From the NCBI GenBank assembly GCA_963742735.1, contig CAVUMN010000002.1, forward strand, positions 64,001-128,000: a stretch of DNA of 64,000 nt, read 5' to 3'. This stretch comes from an uncultured Actinomycetes bacterium. Lineage in GTDB: Bacteria; Actinomycetota; UBA4738; JBBDTT01. Positions 8,956-19,702 of the stretch are shown in pieces. The notes under the pieces were generated by a model. The model ran no database searches. It had not been told where the DNA came from and was given only the letters and a program-made list of their open reading frames with translations. The position numbers and the translations under genes are program-made. Within the stretch, counting starts at the first letter, position 1. The number at the start of each line of letters is the position of its first letter.

Positions 8956-10098
8956 CTAGCCGACGGGCCCGATCATGCGGCCGGCGACCATCAGGGCGAT
9001 CGGCACGAAGAACAGCACGCCCACGAACAGGTAGAGCCGCCGGTTCGACCCGATCACCCAGTCGTCCAGGCCGATCACGGCCCGCCGCAGCGGCGAGTAC
9101 GCGAACGCGAGCAGGAGCAGGGTGACGATGGCCACCCCGATCGCCTCGGCCAGGACGACCTGCACGCCGGAGGACTTCCCCAGCAGCATCGCCGCGACCA
9201 GCGTGTCGGCGAGGGTGGTGATGTTCGCCCCGGCGATGTAGGGGAGCGCCTCCCGCCGGTTGAGGTAGCCCTTGCTGGCCAGGGGGACCAGGACGGTCAG
9301 TGCCACCGCCACCGAGAGCGTGAGCAGCGCCGCGACGCAGCCGAGGAAGAACATCGGCCAGGGCTTCTTCAGCCAGTGCTCGTGGGTGGTGTGGTGCTGC
9401 TCGGGGTCGAGCTCGGGCAGGACCCGGTCCAGGAGCTTGAACGAGACGAGGATCACGCCGAGGCCGACCGGGAACAGCAGCCCGAGCGGCAGGTTGTCGG
9501 AGGCCAGGTTCACCGCCCAGCCCCAGCCGCCGTCGATCAGGCTCTGGAGCTCGCTCGAGGCCGTCCAGTGGACGCCGTCGAGCAGGCCCAATCGCAGGAT
9601 CCCGTAGCCGAGCATCATCCCCGGCAGGTACTGCACCGCCGTCATCGACAGCGCCAGCACGCCCATCCCCAGCGAGGTCTTCCGGTCCTTGCTGCGGACG
9701 TAGTAGATGAACCCGATCAGCAGGACGATGAAGGACGCCCCCAGGCGCGAGCCCGAGAGCATGGTGAATGTCTGCAGGGGCGTGATCCCGCCCGCGGAGT
9801 GGAACGACAGCGCGGTGGCGGCGATCGGGGAGCCGGAGAGGACGATGTACGCGCCGATCCACCCCAGCCCCAGCGTGGAGATCCCGTTGTCGAAGAACCC
9901 CGAGTCCCGCAGCAGCGGGGCCAGGGCGCCGGCCCCCTTCTTCATCAGCTGGATGGCCAGGATGAACAGGAACATCGCCGGCAGGAAGTGGGCCAGCTTC
10001 GAGAGCACGACCTTCCAGTGCGGCAGGCCGTTGCGCTTGGGCTGGGGAACGAGGTCGTCGCCGCTGTCGTCGGTGCCCGCAGTGCCTTCGGGGTTCAT
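8956..10098 (-). CDS. Na+/Pi cotransporter-like multi-pass membrane protein
   Basis: Many TMs; repeated GSRLGAS / GANITT motifs. Confidence 0.6.
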   Translation of the reverse strand: MNPEGTAGTDDSGDDLVPQPKRNGLPHWKVVLSKLAHFLPAMFLFILAIQLMKKGAGALAPLLRDSGFFDNGISTLGLGWIGAYIVLSGSPIAATALSFHSAGGITPLQTFTMLSGSRLGASFIVLLIGFIYYVRSKDRKTSLGMGVLALSMTAVQYLPGMMLGYGILRLGLLDGVHWTASSELQSLIDGGWGWAVNLASDNLPLGLLFPVGLGVILVSFKLLDRVLPELDPEQHHTTHEHWLKKPWPMFFLGCVAALLTLSVAVALTVLVPLASKGYLNRREALPYIAGANITTLADTLVAAMLLGKSSGVQVVLAEAIGVAIVTLLLLAFAYSPLRRAVIGLDDWVIGSNRRLYLFVGVLFFVPIALMVAGRMIGPVG

Positions 10099-10258
10099 GG
10101 GGAGTTCGACGGCCACGGCAGGTTCGGTATCGGAGCTCAGAGGGTGATCCTTCGGGGTCGGGGGGAAGGGTGGGCGGTAGGATATCGGCCCCCCTGGAGG
10201 GCGACAACGTCGGCGGGCGGCCGTCGGGCCCCCGGGATCCCAGGACCCGAGGTGACGC

Positions 10259-12691
10259 GTGCGGAGATATGACCCGTTCGAGGTCGAGCCCAGGTGGGCC
10301 GAGCGATGGGAGGCCGAGGGCCGCTATCGTGCCGCCGGGCCCGACGACCCGCGTCCGAAGTTCTACGCGCTGGACATGTTCCCGTACCCCTCGGGCGACC
10401 TCCACATGGGCCACGCCGAGGCGTTCGCGATCGGCGACGTGGTCGCCCGCTACCGGGCGCTGCAGGGCCACAACGTGCTGCACCCCATCGGGTGGGACTC
10501 GTTCGGCCTGCCCGCCGAGAACGCCGCGATCAAGCGGGGGACCCACCCCCGCGAGTGGACCTACGCGAACATCGAGCAGCAGGCCGCCTCGTTCAAGGCC
10601 TACGGGATCTCCTTCGACTGGACCCGGCGGCTGCACACGAGCGACCCCGAGTACTACAAGTGGACGCAGTGGCTGTTCCTGAAGCTGCACTCCATGGGGC
10701 TGGCGTACCGGAAGAACGCGCCCGCGAACTGGTGCCCCACCGACCAGACCGTGCTGGCCAACGAGCAGGTGATCAACGGGCTGTGCGAGCGGTGCGACAC
10801 GCCGGTCGTTCGCAAGGACCTGACCCAGTGGTTCTTCAGGATCACCGACTACGCGCAGCGGCTCCTGGACGACATGGCCCAGCTGGAGGACGCCTGGCCC
10901 GAGCGGGTCCTGACCATGCAGCGCAACTGGATCGGGCGGTCCCAGGGCGCCGAGGTGACGTTCGAGATCGCCGAGACCGGCGAGAAGATGCCGGTGTTCA
11001 CCACCCGCCCGGACACGCTGTGGGGGGTCACGTTCTTCGTCCTGGCCCCGGAGCATCCCCGGGTGCTGGAGCTGGCGGCGGCCGGCGGGACGGCCGAGGA
11101 GGTCCGTGCGCTGCTCGACCGGCTGCAGGCCACCCCGCTGACGAACCGTGAGCAGGCCGAGTCCCGGGAGGGCGTGCCACTGGGGGTCCACGCGGTCAAC
11201 CCGGTGAACGGCGAGAAGGTGCCGGTGTTCGTGGCCCCCTACGTGCTGATGGAGTACGGGACGGGCGCGGTGATGGGCGTGCCCGGCCACGACCAGCGCG
11301 ACTTCGAGTTCGCCCGCCGGCACGGCCTGGAGGTGCGGGTGGTCATCGAGCCGAAGGGGTCCGACGAGATCGACCCCGCGACCATGACCGAGGCGTTCCC
11401 GCACGAGGGGGTCATGGTCCGCAGCGGCCCGTTCGACGGGGTGCCCTCGCCGGCCTCGATCGAGACCGTCATCGACTGGCTGGAGCAGGAGGGCAAGGGC
11501 CGGCGCGCGGTGTCGTTCCGGCTGCGGGACTGGCTGATCTCGCGGCAGCGGTACTGGGGCGCGCCGATCCCGATCATCCACTGCCCCGAGCACGGCGAGG
11601 TCCCCGTCCCCGAGCAGGACCTGCCCGTGAAGCTGCCCCACAACGTGGACTTCTCGCCGAAGGGCATCTCGCCGCTGGCGACGGCCGAGGAGTTCGTGAA
11701 CGTCACGTGTCCGGTGTGCGGCGCGGCCGCGAAGCGGGAGACCGACACGATGGACACGTTCGTGGACTCCTCCTGGTACTTCCTGCGCTACCTGTCGCCG
11801 GGCGCCGAGGACCAGCCGTTCGACCCCGAGCAGGCGGCGCGCTGGATGCCGGTCGACCAGTACACCGGCGGGGTCGAGCACGCGATCCTGCACCTGCTGT
11901 ATTCGCGGTTCTTCGCGAAGGCGCTGTTCGACGCCGGGCTGGTGAGCTTCACCGAGCCGTTCACGCGGCTGCAGAACCAGGGCCAGGTGATCATGGGCGG
12001 CGCGGCGATGAGCAAGAGCCGGGGCAACCTGGTCGAGTTCGCCGACGAGCGGGCGAAGTGGGGCGCGGACGTGGTGCGGCTGTCGATGCTGTTCGCCTCG
12101 CCGCCCGAGGACGACGTGGACTGGGCGACCGTCTCGGCCGACGGCGTGCGGTCGTGGGTGGGCCGGGTGTGGCGGGCCGTGAACGAGGCGGCCGGGCTCG
12201 CCGGTGCGATGTCGGACGAGCTGACGAAGTTCATGCACCACGCCACGGCGCGGGTCACCGAGGACCTGGACCGGTTCAAGTACAACACCGCGATCGCGCG
12301 GCTGATGGAGCTGACCACCGAGGTCGGGCGGGCGGCCCGGGCGGGCGAGCCCTCGAGGGAGGCGGCCGAGCGGCTCTCGCTGATGCTGGCGCCGTTCGCG
12401 CCCTTCCTGGCCGAGGAGCTGTGGCGCGAGGTCCTCGGCCACGACGAGAGCGTTCACGCGGCCCGGTGGCCGGAGTTCGACGCGGAGCTGGCCGCGCCCG
12501 AGGTGGTGACGATGGTGGTGCAGGTCGACGGCAAGGTCCGCGACCGCATCGAGGTCCCTCCCGACATCGCCGAGGAGGCTGCCGTGGCCACCGCCCGCGA
12601 GTCCGAGAACGCGATCCGCTACCTGCAGGGCCGCGAGATCGTGAAGGTCATCGCGCGCCCGCCCCGGCTGGTCAACTTCGTCACCCGCTAG
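10259..12691 (+). CDS. leuS: Leucyl-tRNA synthetase
   Basis: [38 protein letters not shown]. Confidence 0.97.
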   Translation: MRRYDPFEVEPRWAERWEAEGRYRAAGPDDPRPKFYALDMFPYPSGDLHMGHAEAFAIGDVVARYRALQGHNVLHPIGWDSFGLPAENAAIKRGTHPREWTYANIEQQAASFKAYGISFDWTRRLHTSDPEYYKWTQWLFLKLHSMGLAYRKNAPANWCPTDQTVLANEQVINGLCERCDTPVVRKDLTQWFFRITDYAQRLLDDMAQLEDAWPERVLTMQRNWIGRSQGAEVTFEIAETGEKMPVFTTRPDTLWGVTFFVLAPEHPRVLELAAAGGTAEEVRALLDRLQATPLTNREQAESREGVPLGVHAVNPVNGEKVPVFVAPYVLMEYGTGAVMGVPGHDQRDFEFARRHGLEVRVVIEPKGSDEIDPATMTEAFPHEGVMVRSGPFDGVPSPASIETVIDWLEQEGKGRRAVSFRLRDWLISRQRYWGAPIPIIHCPEHGEVPVPEQDLPVKLPHNVDFSPKGISPLATAEEFVNVTCPVCGAAAKRETDTMDTFVDSSWYFLRYLSPGAEDQPFDPEQAARWMPVDQYTGGVEHAILHLLYSRFFAKALFDAGLVSFTEPFTRLQNQGQVIMGGAAMSKSRGNLVEFADERAKWGADVVRLSMLFASPPEDDVDWATVSADGVRSWVGRVWRAVNEAAGLAGAMSDELTKFMHHATARVTEDLDRFKYNTAIARLMELTTEVGRAARAGEPSREAAERLSLMLAPFAPFLAEELWREVLGHDESVHAARWPEFDAELAAPEVVTMVVQVDGKVRDRIEVPPDIAEEAAVATARESENAIRYLQGREIVKVIARPPRLVNFVTR

Positions 12692-12777
12692 TCCGGGAGC
12701 TTCTCCTCTCTCCGTGTCACTGGGTCGCGCTAGCCTGCGCGGCGTTCCTCCCCCGGGGATCGTTCGGGGGTCGTCGC

Positions 12778-13389
12778 GTGGAGGAACCGCTTCGTGAGCG
12801 GCTGGGCGACTGGGTCGCCGCGCTCGGCCGCCGCCAGCTGATCGGGCTCGCCTGCGTCGCGGTCGTGACCGTGGGCGGGGCCGCGCTGTGGTACGTGCGG
12901 TCGCTGCCCCGGGCGGTCGCGGTCACCCCGGCCGTGGCGCCCTCCGCGGTGGCCCGCGCGTCGCCGACTCCGCCGGCCCTGGTCGTGCACGTGGCCGGAT
13001 GGGTCCGGCATCCGGGCGTCTACGAGTTCGCCGAGGGCTCCCGGGTGGTCGACGCCATCGAACGCGCCGGCGGGGCGAAGCAGGGGGCCGACCTGGCGGC
13101 GCTGAACCTCGCCGCGCTGCTCAGCGACGGCCAGCAGGTCCTGGTCCCGCGGCGCGGTCCGCCAGGTTCCACCGCGGGCACGGGCGTCGCTGCGAACGGC
13201 CTCATCAACATCAACACGGCCACGGCCGAGCAGCTCGAGGAGCTGCCGGGGATCGGGCCCGTCCTGGCCCAGAACATCGTCGACTACCGGACCGAGCACG
13301 GACCGTTCGCCACGGTGGAGGACCTCATGAACGTGAGCGGGATCGGGGAGGCTCGCCTGGAGGAGCTCCGGGACAAGGTGACCGTGTGA
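12778..13389 (+). CDS. comEA: ComEA DNA-binding competence protein
   Basis: TM, SLBB domain (VHVAG.V..PGVY), ININTA...L..LPGIG HhH. Confidence 0.92.
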   Translation: MEEPLRERLGDWVAALGRRQLIGLACVAVVTVGGAALWYVRSLPRAVAVTPAVAPSAVARASPTPPALVVHVAGWVRHPGVYEFAEGSRVVDAIERAGGAKQGADLAALNLAALLSDGQQVLVPRRGPPGSTAGTGVAANGLININTATAEQLEELPGIGPVLAQNIVDYRTEHGPFATVEDLMNVSGIGEARLEELRDKVTV

Positions 13390-15830
13390 GCGGGGCCTGG
13401 CTGGCCCCGGTCGCGGCCGGGGCGTTCTGGGCCGGCATCCTTGCGGCGGCCGGGGCGGGGCTCCGGGGTGGCTGGGCGTGGGCCGCGCTGGTGGCGGGCT
13501 GCGCGATGACCTCGGCCGCGGCGCTGCTGGTCGTGTACTCCGGGCCGGACGGGGAGCCGCTGTTGCGCGGCGCCGGGTTGCTTCCGCCGGTCGAGGCCGA
13601 GGGGCATCGGGGACGGGTGCTGGGAGCGGTCCGCGGCGTCCCGGCGCCTCCCGGACCGCGCTCGTCGGTGGCGGCGTCCCTGTTGCTGGCGGTGGTCGGG
13701 ATGTCGCTGCTCGGGGCGGGGTGGTTCTCGGTGCGCGACTCGGCCTCGGGGCGGTCGGTCCTGGCGGGGATCGGCGGATACGTGCGGGCCGAGGGGGTGA
13801 TGTCGACCGACCCGCAGATCGGGCCGTTCGGGTGGTCGGCCCGGGCGCGCCTCGAGCGGGTGGCGTCGGACGCGGGAGCGTGGCGGGTCCACGAGCCCGT
13901 GTGGCTGCAGGGTCGCGGGCCGCCGCCGCCCGTCGAGCTGGGGGACCGGGTGCGGCTCTCCGGCGCGGCCGGCGAGATCCCCACGGGCGACTTCGGTGAG
14001 TACTTGCGTACGCAAGGAATCGCCGCGACGCTCCGCGTATCGGAGGTCGAGCGGACCGCTCCGCCGGCCAACCCGCTGCTTCGCGCGGCCAACGCGGTCC
14101 GCAACGCGCTGCGCCGGGCGGCGCTGGAGCTGTGGCCGGAGCGACGGGCCGGGCTGTTCCTCGGCCTCGCCCTGGGCGACACGTCTCGCCTGGATCCCGG
14201 GCTGGAGGAGGACTTCCGGGCCACCGGCCTCGGACACCTCCTCGCGGTGAGCGGCTCGAACGTGGCGATGTTCCTCGGCCCCATCCTGATGGTGGCGGGG
14301 GCGGCGCGCGCCGGGCGACGGACCCGGTTCGTGGTGGGGATCGGGTCCGTGGCGTTCTTCGCGCTGCTGACTCGGGCCGAGCCGTCGGTCCTGCGCGCCT
14401 CGGTCATGGCCGGGCTGGTCCTGGTCGGGGTCTTCCTCGGTCGGGCCCGGTCGACCCCGGCCGTGATGGGGACGGCCATCCTGATCCTGCTGGCGTTCGA
14501 TCCGCGGCTGGCGTCGGCACTCGGGTTCCAGCTGTCGGTGGCGGCGACGGCGGGGATGGTCGCGTTCGCCACGCCCATCGCCGACCGGATCCCCGGGCCG
14601 AGGGCGGTGGCGATCGCCACAGGGGCGACCCTCGGGGCGCAGGCGGCGGTGACCCCGCTCCTGTTGTTTCGGTTCCACGTCGTGCCCACCGTGGCGCTGC
14701 CGGCGAACGTGCTGGCGTTTCCCGCCGTCGCGCCGGCCATGCTGGTCGGCCTGGCGGCGGCGGGGCTGTGGCTCGTCTGGCCGCCGGCGGGGGAGGCCCT
14801 CGCCTCGGTCGCGAACATGCCGATGGCCTACCTCTCCGGCGTGGCCGACCGGATGGCGACGGCGCCGCTGCCCTCGCTGACCTCCGACGGGGGGCTGGAC
14901 GCGTTCGTCCTCGGGATGGCCGTCCTGGCCTGGCTCGCCTTCAGGGTGCATCGGGCTCGCCGGCCGCGGACGCGCGACCCGGGCCGGCGGCGGGGGATCG
15001 CGGCGGCGGTCGTCATGGCCGTGGCGCTGCCCGCGCTGGTGTGGGGCCGCGCGCTGCGGGCCGGGCCGCCGGGGTCGCTCGAGGTCGTCTTCTTCGACGT
15101 CGGGCAAGGCGACGCGGCCCTGGTCCGCTCGCCCCAGGGCGCCGCGGTGCTGATCGACGCAGGCCCCGAACCCGACCAGGTCGCGGCCGAGCTCGCCGCC
15201 GAGGGCGTCCACCGGCTCGACGTGGTGATCGCCACTCACGCTCACGCCGACCACGTCGCGGGATTCCCCGCGGTGCTTGCCCGGTTCCCCGTGGGGCTGA
15301 TGCTGGAGCCCGGATGCGGCGGCGAGTCGCCGGCGTACGAGGACCTGGTCCGCGCCCTGAGGGACGAGGAGATCACGCCGGCGCATCCACGGCCGGGCGA
15401 CGCCTACCGGGTGGCCGACCTGCGCATCGACGTCCTCGGCCCGCCGGCCTGCTTCCGGGGGACCGAGTCCGACGAGAACAACGACTCGATCGTCGTTCGG
15501 ATCTCGGCCGGCCCGGCGACCGTGCTGTTCACCGGCGACGTCGAGGAGCCCGCGCAGCTGGCGATCCTGGAGGCGGGGGTCGACGTCCGGGCCGCGGTCC
15601 TGAAGGTGCCGCACCACGGCGGCGGGACGTCCATGGACGAGTTCCTGCTCGAGGTGCACGCCGCGCTCGCCGTGGTCAGCGTCGGCGCCGGCAACGACTA
15701 CGGGCACCCGGTGGAGTCGGTGCTGGTGACCCTTCGCGCCGCGGGCGCCCAGGTGGTGCGCACCGACCAGGCCGGAGAGGTGGTGGTTCGGTTCGGCCCC
15801 GACGGGCCGTACGTAGAATCGCCTCCGTGA
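13386..15830 (+). CDS. comEC: ComEC/Rec2 DNA uptake channel
   Basis: GL.HLLAVSG.N, GFQLS, DVGQGD, HAHADH, LKVPHHG, N.YGHP. Confidence 0.93.
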   Translation: MSGAWLAPVAAGAFWAGILAAAGAGLRGGWAWAALVAGCAMTSAAALLVVYSGPDGEPLLRGAGLLPPVEAEGHRGRVLGAVRGVPAPPGPRSSVAASLLLAVVGMSLLGAGWFSVRDSASGRSVLAGIGGYVRAEGVMSTDPQIGPFGWSARARLERVASDAGAWRVHEPVWLQGRGPPPPVELGDRVRLSGAAGEIPTGDFGEYLRTQGIAATLRVSEVERTAPPANPLLRAANAVRNALRRAALELWPERRAGLFLGLALGDTSRLDPGLEEDFRATGLGHLLAVSGSNVAMFLGPILMVAGAARAGRRTRFVVGIGSVAFFALLTRAEPSVLRASVMAGLVLVGVFLGRARSTPAVMGTAILILLAFDPRLASALGFQLSVAATAGMVAFATPIADRIPGPRAVAIATGATLGAQAAVTPLLLFRFHVVPTVALPANVLAFPAVAPAMLVGLAAAGLWLVWPPAGEALASVANMPMAYLSGVADRMATAPLPSLTSDGGLDAFVLGMAVLAWLAFRVHRARRPRTRDPGRRRGIAAAVVMAVALPALVWGRALRAGPPGSLEVVFFDVGQGDAALVRSPQGAAVLIDAGPEPDQVAAELAAEGVHRLDVVIATHAHADHVAGFPAVLARFPVGLMLEPGCGGESPAYEDLVRALRDEEITPAHPRPGDAYRVADLRIDVLGPPACFRGTESDENNDSIVVRISAGPATVLFTGDVEEPAQLAILEAGVDVRAAVLKVPHHGGGTSMDEFLLEVHAALAVVSVGAGNDYGHPVESVLVTLRAAGAQVVRTDQAGEVVVRFGPDGPYVESPP

Positions 15831-16801
15831 CGGGCGCGCCGATCCGGCTGCTGTGGGGGGAGGACTCGTTCCTCGTCCGGGAGGCGGCGATCGAGGCCCT
15901 CGACGGCATCCAGCCCCGCGAGGTCGACGGCGCCGACTGGTCCGGCGGCGAGACGGCCGACCTGGCCACGCCCTCGCTGTTCGGCGAGCCGCGCGCCCTG
16001 CTGATCACGAACTGCCAGGACCTGACCGACGAGGGTCTCCGCGAGCTGCGGACGTACGTGCTCTCGCCCTCGCCCGACGCGACCCTGGTCGTCACCGGCC
16101 GGGGGATCAAGGCCGCGCCGCCGATCGCCAAGGACTTCGAGAAGGCCGGGTTCAAGCCCGAACGCATCGAGCTGGCCCGCAAGGAGCTCTCCGGCTGGCT
16201 GGTCAAGCGGGCCCGGGCCCGGGACATCCAGCTCCGCGCGCCGGCGGCGAACACCCTGGTCGAGCTGATCGGGGAGAGCCCGGCCGAGCTCGACCGCGCC
16301 GTGGACCAGATGGCGGCGGCGTTCCCCGGCCGGCCCATCGAGCCCGCGCTGGTCGAGCGCCAGTTCCGGGGGCTCGGCGACCACAAGACCTGGGAGGTGT
16401 GCGACAAGGCGTTCGGCGGCGACCTGTCGGGCGCGATCCGGGCGCTGCAGGCGATGCTCGCCGGTCGGGAGGAGCCGCTGGTGATCCTCGGCGGCATCGC
16501 CGCCCGGGTCCGCGACCTCCAGCGCGTCGCCGCGGTCCCCGCCGACGTGCAGCCGAAGGACGCCGCGCGGATGGCGGGCCTCCGGTTCGAGTGGCAGTTC
16601 AAGCGCTACCGCGACACCGCCCGCCGCCAGCCGCCCGGGGCGCTCGCGTCGCTGCACCTGGCCGTGGCCAACGCCGACCGCGCGTTGAAGAACGGCGCCG
16701 GCGGCGACGTGGTCCTGCCGATGCTCCTCGCCCGCATCGCCGGCGAGGTCCCCGCCGACGCCCCCATCGAGGTCGGCTCGGTCGCCCGCGCCCTTCGCTG
16801 A
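15827..16801 (+). CDS. holA: DNA polymerase III delta subunit
   Basis: LLWGED.FL, TPSLFG; position after comEC. Confidence 0.85.
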   Translation: MTGAPIRLLWGEDSFLVREAAIEALDGIQPREVDGADWSGGETADLATPSLFGEPRALLITNCQDLTDEGLRELRTYVLSPSPDATLVVTGRGIKAAPPIAKDFEKAGFKPERIELARKELSGWLVKRARARDIQLRAPAANTLVELIGESPAELDRAVDQMAAAFPGRPIEPALVERQFRGLGDHKTWEVCDKAFGGDLSGAIRALQAMLAGREEPLVILGGIAARVRDLQRVAAVPADVQPKDAARMAGLRFEWQFKRYRDTARRQPPGALASLHLAVANADRALKNGAGGDVVLPMLLARIAGEVPADAPIEVGSVARALR

Positions 16802-16888
16802 GCCCGCCCGAGCCGGGTGTGAGGCGCGCCACGGTGTGGTCGGAATCCGGCGTCTAGAATCGCGCTCCCGAAAGGACGAGTACGCCCC

Positions 16889-17773
16889 ATGGCCCCAGCC
16901 CCGCCCGTCAGGATCGTCACGGACACCACCGGCTACCTGCCGCAGGAGCTGGTTACCGAGCATGGGATCGAGCTCGTCTCTCTCTACTACTCCTTCGACG
17001 GCGCCGAGTGGCTGAAGGAGGACGACGTCGTGGACGGCGACTGGGGGCCGTTCTACGAACGGCTCACCTCGTCCCCGGGTCTGCCCACCACGCGGCCGCC
17101 CGAGGTCGAGGACTTCCGCGCGGTCTACGAGCCGATCCTGGCGACCGGCGCCGGCATCGTCTCGCTCCACATCTCCTCGGGCCTCTCCGAGACCTGCGCG
17201 CACGCCCGCAAGGCCGGCGAGCAGCTCGCCGACGAGGGGCTGGGCGCGGAGCGCATCCTGGTCGTGGACGCCGCGTGCACGGGCGGCCAGCAGGGCTTGC
17301 TGGCGCTGGCGGCCGCGCGGGCGGCGGAGGGGGGCGCCGACGCCGAGGCGGTGGCCGACCACGTCCGGCGGGCCCGTCTGGAGGCCCGGAGCTGGTTCAC
17401 GCTGGACACCCTGGAGTTCCTCAAGCGCGGCGGACGGATCGGCGGCGGCGCGGCGTGGCTCGGCTCGACCCTGAGGATCAAGCCCATCCTGACCATCCAG
17501 TCCGAGGTCCACGCGGTTGAGCGCGTCCGAACCCGCGAGCGCGCCGTCGAGCGCCTCATCGAGTTCGGCCGCGAGCTGCACGCCGGCGGCGCCGACGGGT
17601 ACTGCGTACAGCACGCTCGCTGCGAGCCGGAGGCCCGCCACGTCGTCGACCGGCTTTCGGAGGTCTACGAGCGCCCGCCCGTGTTCGTGGGGGAGATGGG
17701 CCCGGTCCTGGGGACCCATGGCGGGCCGGGGTTCCTGGGCGTCGCCGGGTTACCATCCGGCTTCCTCGAGTAG
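16889..17773 (+). CDS. DegV family lipid-binding protein (copy 1)
   Basis: IVTDTT.YLP, LEFLKRGGRIG, IKPIL, GTHGGPG. Confidence 0.9.
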   Translation: MAPAPPVRIVTDTTGYLPQELVTEHGIELVSLYYSFDGAEWLKEDDVVDGDWGPFYERLTSSPGLPTTRPPEVEDFRAVYEPILATGAGIVSLHISSGLSETCAHARKAGEQLADEGLGAERILVVDAACTGGQQGLLALAAARAAEGGADAEAVADHVRRARLEARSWFTLDTLEFLKRGGRIGGGAAWLGSTLRIKPILTIQSEVHAVERVRTRERAVERLIEFGRELHAGGADGYCVQHARCEPEARHVVDRLSEVYERPPVFVGEMGPVLGTHGGPGFLGVAGLPSGFLE

Positions 17774-17792
17774 CCATGGAGAGCCCCAAGCC

Positions 17793-18671
17793 ATGACGAC
17801 GCCGGTCACGGTGGTCACCGACACCACGGCCTACCTGCCGCGCGAGACGGTGGACAAGCACGGCCTGCGCGTGATCTCCCTCTACTACTCGTTCGGCAAC
17901 GACGAGTGGATCAAGGAGAGCGACCACGACGGCGGCGACTGGGGATCGTTCTACGAGCGCCTGTCGAGCTCCGACACCCTCCCCACCACCCAGCCCCCCA
18001 CGGTCGAGGACTTCCGTGCGGTCTACGAGCCCCTCCTGGCGGAGGGCGGAAGCGTGGTCTCGATCCACCTGTCGTCGGTGCTGTCGGAGACGTGCGCCAA
18101 CGCCCGCAAGGCGGTGGAGGAGCTCACCGAGGCCAGCCGGGGCGGGGACCGAGTCCGGGTGATCGACTCGGCGAGCACCGCGGTCCAGGAAGGGCTGTTG
18201 GCCCTGGCCGCGGCGCATGCCGCCGGGGAGGGCAAGGACGCGGACTCGGTCACGGAGGTGATCCGGTCCGCGCGGGCCGAGGCCAAGAACTGGTTCGTGC
18301 TCGACACCCTGGAGTACCTGAAGCGCGGCGGCCGGATCGGCGGCGCGACGGCGTGGATGGGGTCGGCGCTGCAGGTGAAGCCGGTCTTGACCCTCGAGTC
18401 GGGGATCCGCGCGGTGGAGCGCGTTCGGACGGCCGACAAGGCGTTCGTGCGCCTGGTCGAGTACGGCCACCAGCTCCACGGCGCCGGGGCCGACGCGTGG
18501 GCCGTGCAGCACTCCCGGCGGGAGGACGACGCCCGCAAGCTGATCGACCGCCTCTCCCACGTGTTCGGCCGCGCGCCCGAGTTCGTCTCCGAGGTAGGCC
18601 CGGTCATCGGGACGCACGCCGGTCCGGGCGCGTTCGGCCTCGGTGGCATCCCCTCCAGGTTCCTCGGCTAG
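17793..18671 (+). CDS. DegV family lipid-binding protein (copy 2)
   Basis: VVTDTTAYLP, LEYLKRGGRIG, GTHAGPG. Confidence 0.9.
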   Translation: MTTPVTVVTDTTAYLPRETVDKHGLRVISLYYSFGNDEWIKESDHDGGDWGSFYERLSSSDTLPTTQPPTVEDFRAVYEPLLAEGGSVVSIHLSSVLSETCANARKAVEELTEASRGGDRVRVIDSASTAVQEGLLALAAAHAAGEGKDADSVTEVIRSARAEAKNWFVLDTLEYLKRGGRIGGATAWMGSALQVKPVLTLESGIRAVERVRTADKAFVRLVEYGHQLHGAGADAWAVQHSRREDDARKLIDRLSHVFGRAPEFVSEVGPVIGTHAGPGAFGLGGIPSRFLG

Positions 18672-18819
18672 CTCTCCAGAAAGAGACCAGGGTCACAGTG
18701 TGCTCAAGGTCGGTCACTCTTCCCGTTCCGTACGGGCAGGACTAGAATGTGCTTGGTTCGAAGTAACTAGTCACCCGACACAGGAGCGCCCCGATGATCG
18801 AGCCACGCGAGGTCCCATC

Positions 18820-19698
18820 GTGACCTCGCCCGTCACGGTCGTCACCGACAGCACGGCCTACCTCCCGCGCGAGCTCATCGCCAAGCACGGGATCGAGCTC
18901 ATCTCCCTGTACTACAGCTTCGACGGCGTCGAGTGGCTGAAGGAGGGCGACGTCGAGGGCGAGGACTGGGGCCCGTTCTACGATCGCCTGGTCGCGTCCG
19001 AGACGATGCCGACCACCCGGCCCCCGCACGTCGAGGACTTCCGCGCGCTGTACGAGCCGATCCTGGCCGAGGGGCGAAGCATCGTCTCGATCCATCTGTC
19101 CTCCGGGCTGTCCGAGACGTGCGACCACGCGCGCAAGGCCGTGGAGGAGCTCACCGAGGAGGGCCTCGGCGGGGAGCGGGTGCACGTGGTCGACTCGGCG
19201 AGCGCGTGCCTGCAGCAGGCTCTGCTCGTGCTGGTTGCCGCCCACGCCGCGGCCGAGGGAGGCGACCCCGACACGGTCTTCGACCAGGTCCGCCGGGCCC
19301 GGGTCGAGGCGCGCAACTGGTTCGCCCTCGACACGCTCGAGTTCCTGAAGCGCGGCGGCCGGGTCGGCGGCGCCGCGGCCTGGCTGGGCTCGACGCTGAA
19401 GATCAAGCCCATCCTGACCGTGGAGTCGGAGATCAAGGCCGTCGAACGGGTGCGAACCTCCGACCGCGCGTTCGAGCGCCTGATCGAGTGCGGGCGCCAG
19501 CTCCACGGCGCGGGCGCGGACGCCTACGTCGTCCAGCACGCCCGCGCGGGGAAGGAGGCGCAGGTCCTGAGCGAGCGGCTGCACGAGGTCTTCGGCAGGC
19601 CGCCGGTGATGATGTCTGAGGTCGGGCCGGTCATCGGCACGCACACGGGGCCGGGACTGCTCGGCGTGGGCGGACTCCCGTCCAGATTCCTGGAGTAG
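18820..19698 (+). CDS. DegV family lipid-binding protein (copy 3)
   Basis: VVTDSTAYLP, LEFLKRGGRVG, GTHTGPG; GTG start inferred from paralog alignment. Confidence 0.9.
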   Translation: MTSPVTVVTDSTAYLPRELIAKHGIELISLYYSFDGVEWLKEGDVEGEDWGPFYDRLVASETMPTTRPPHVEDFRALYEPILAEGRSIVSIHLSSGLSETCDHARKAVEELTEEGLGGERVHVVDSASACLQQALLVLVAAHAAAEGGDPDTVFDQVRRARVEARNWFALDTLEFLKRGGRVGGAAAWLGSTLKIKPILTVESEIKAVERVRTSDRAFERLIECGRQLHGAGADAYVVQHARAGKEAQVLSERLHEVFGRPPVMMSEVGPVIGTHTGPGLLGVGGLPSRFLE

Positions 19699-19702
19699 GG
19701 CG

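Noticed and set aside
10190-10258. Possible T-box or riboswitch in the leuS leader
   Set aside because: GC-rich and foldable, but too short and no T-box consensus was recognised.
12000-12030. LeuRS AMSKS instead of KMSKS
   Set aside because: The second Lys is retained; a tolerated variant, not evidence of inactivation.
8864-12457. Very long antisense and alternate-frame ORFs (e.g. 1197 aa opposite leuS, and many others)
   Set aside because: Shadow ORFs expected in high-GC DNA; they overlap well-supported genes and show no motifs.
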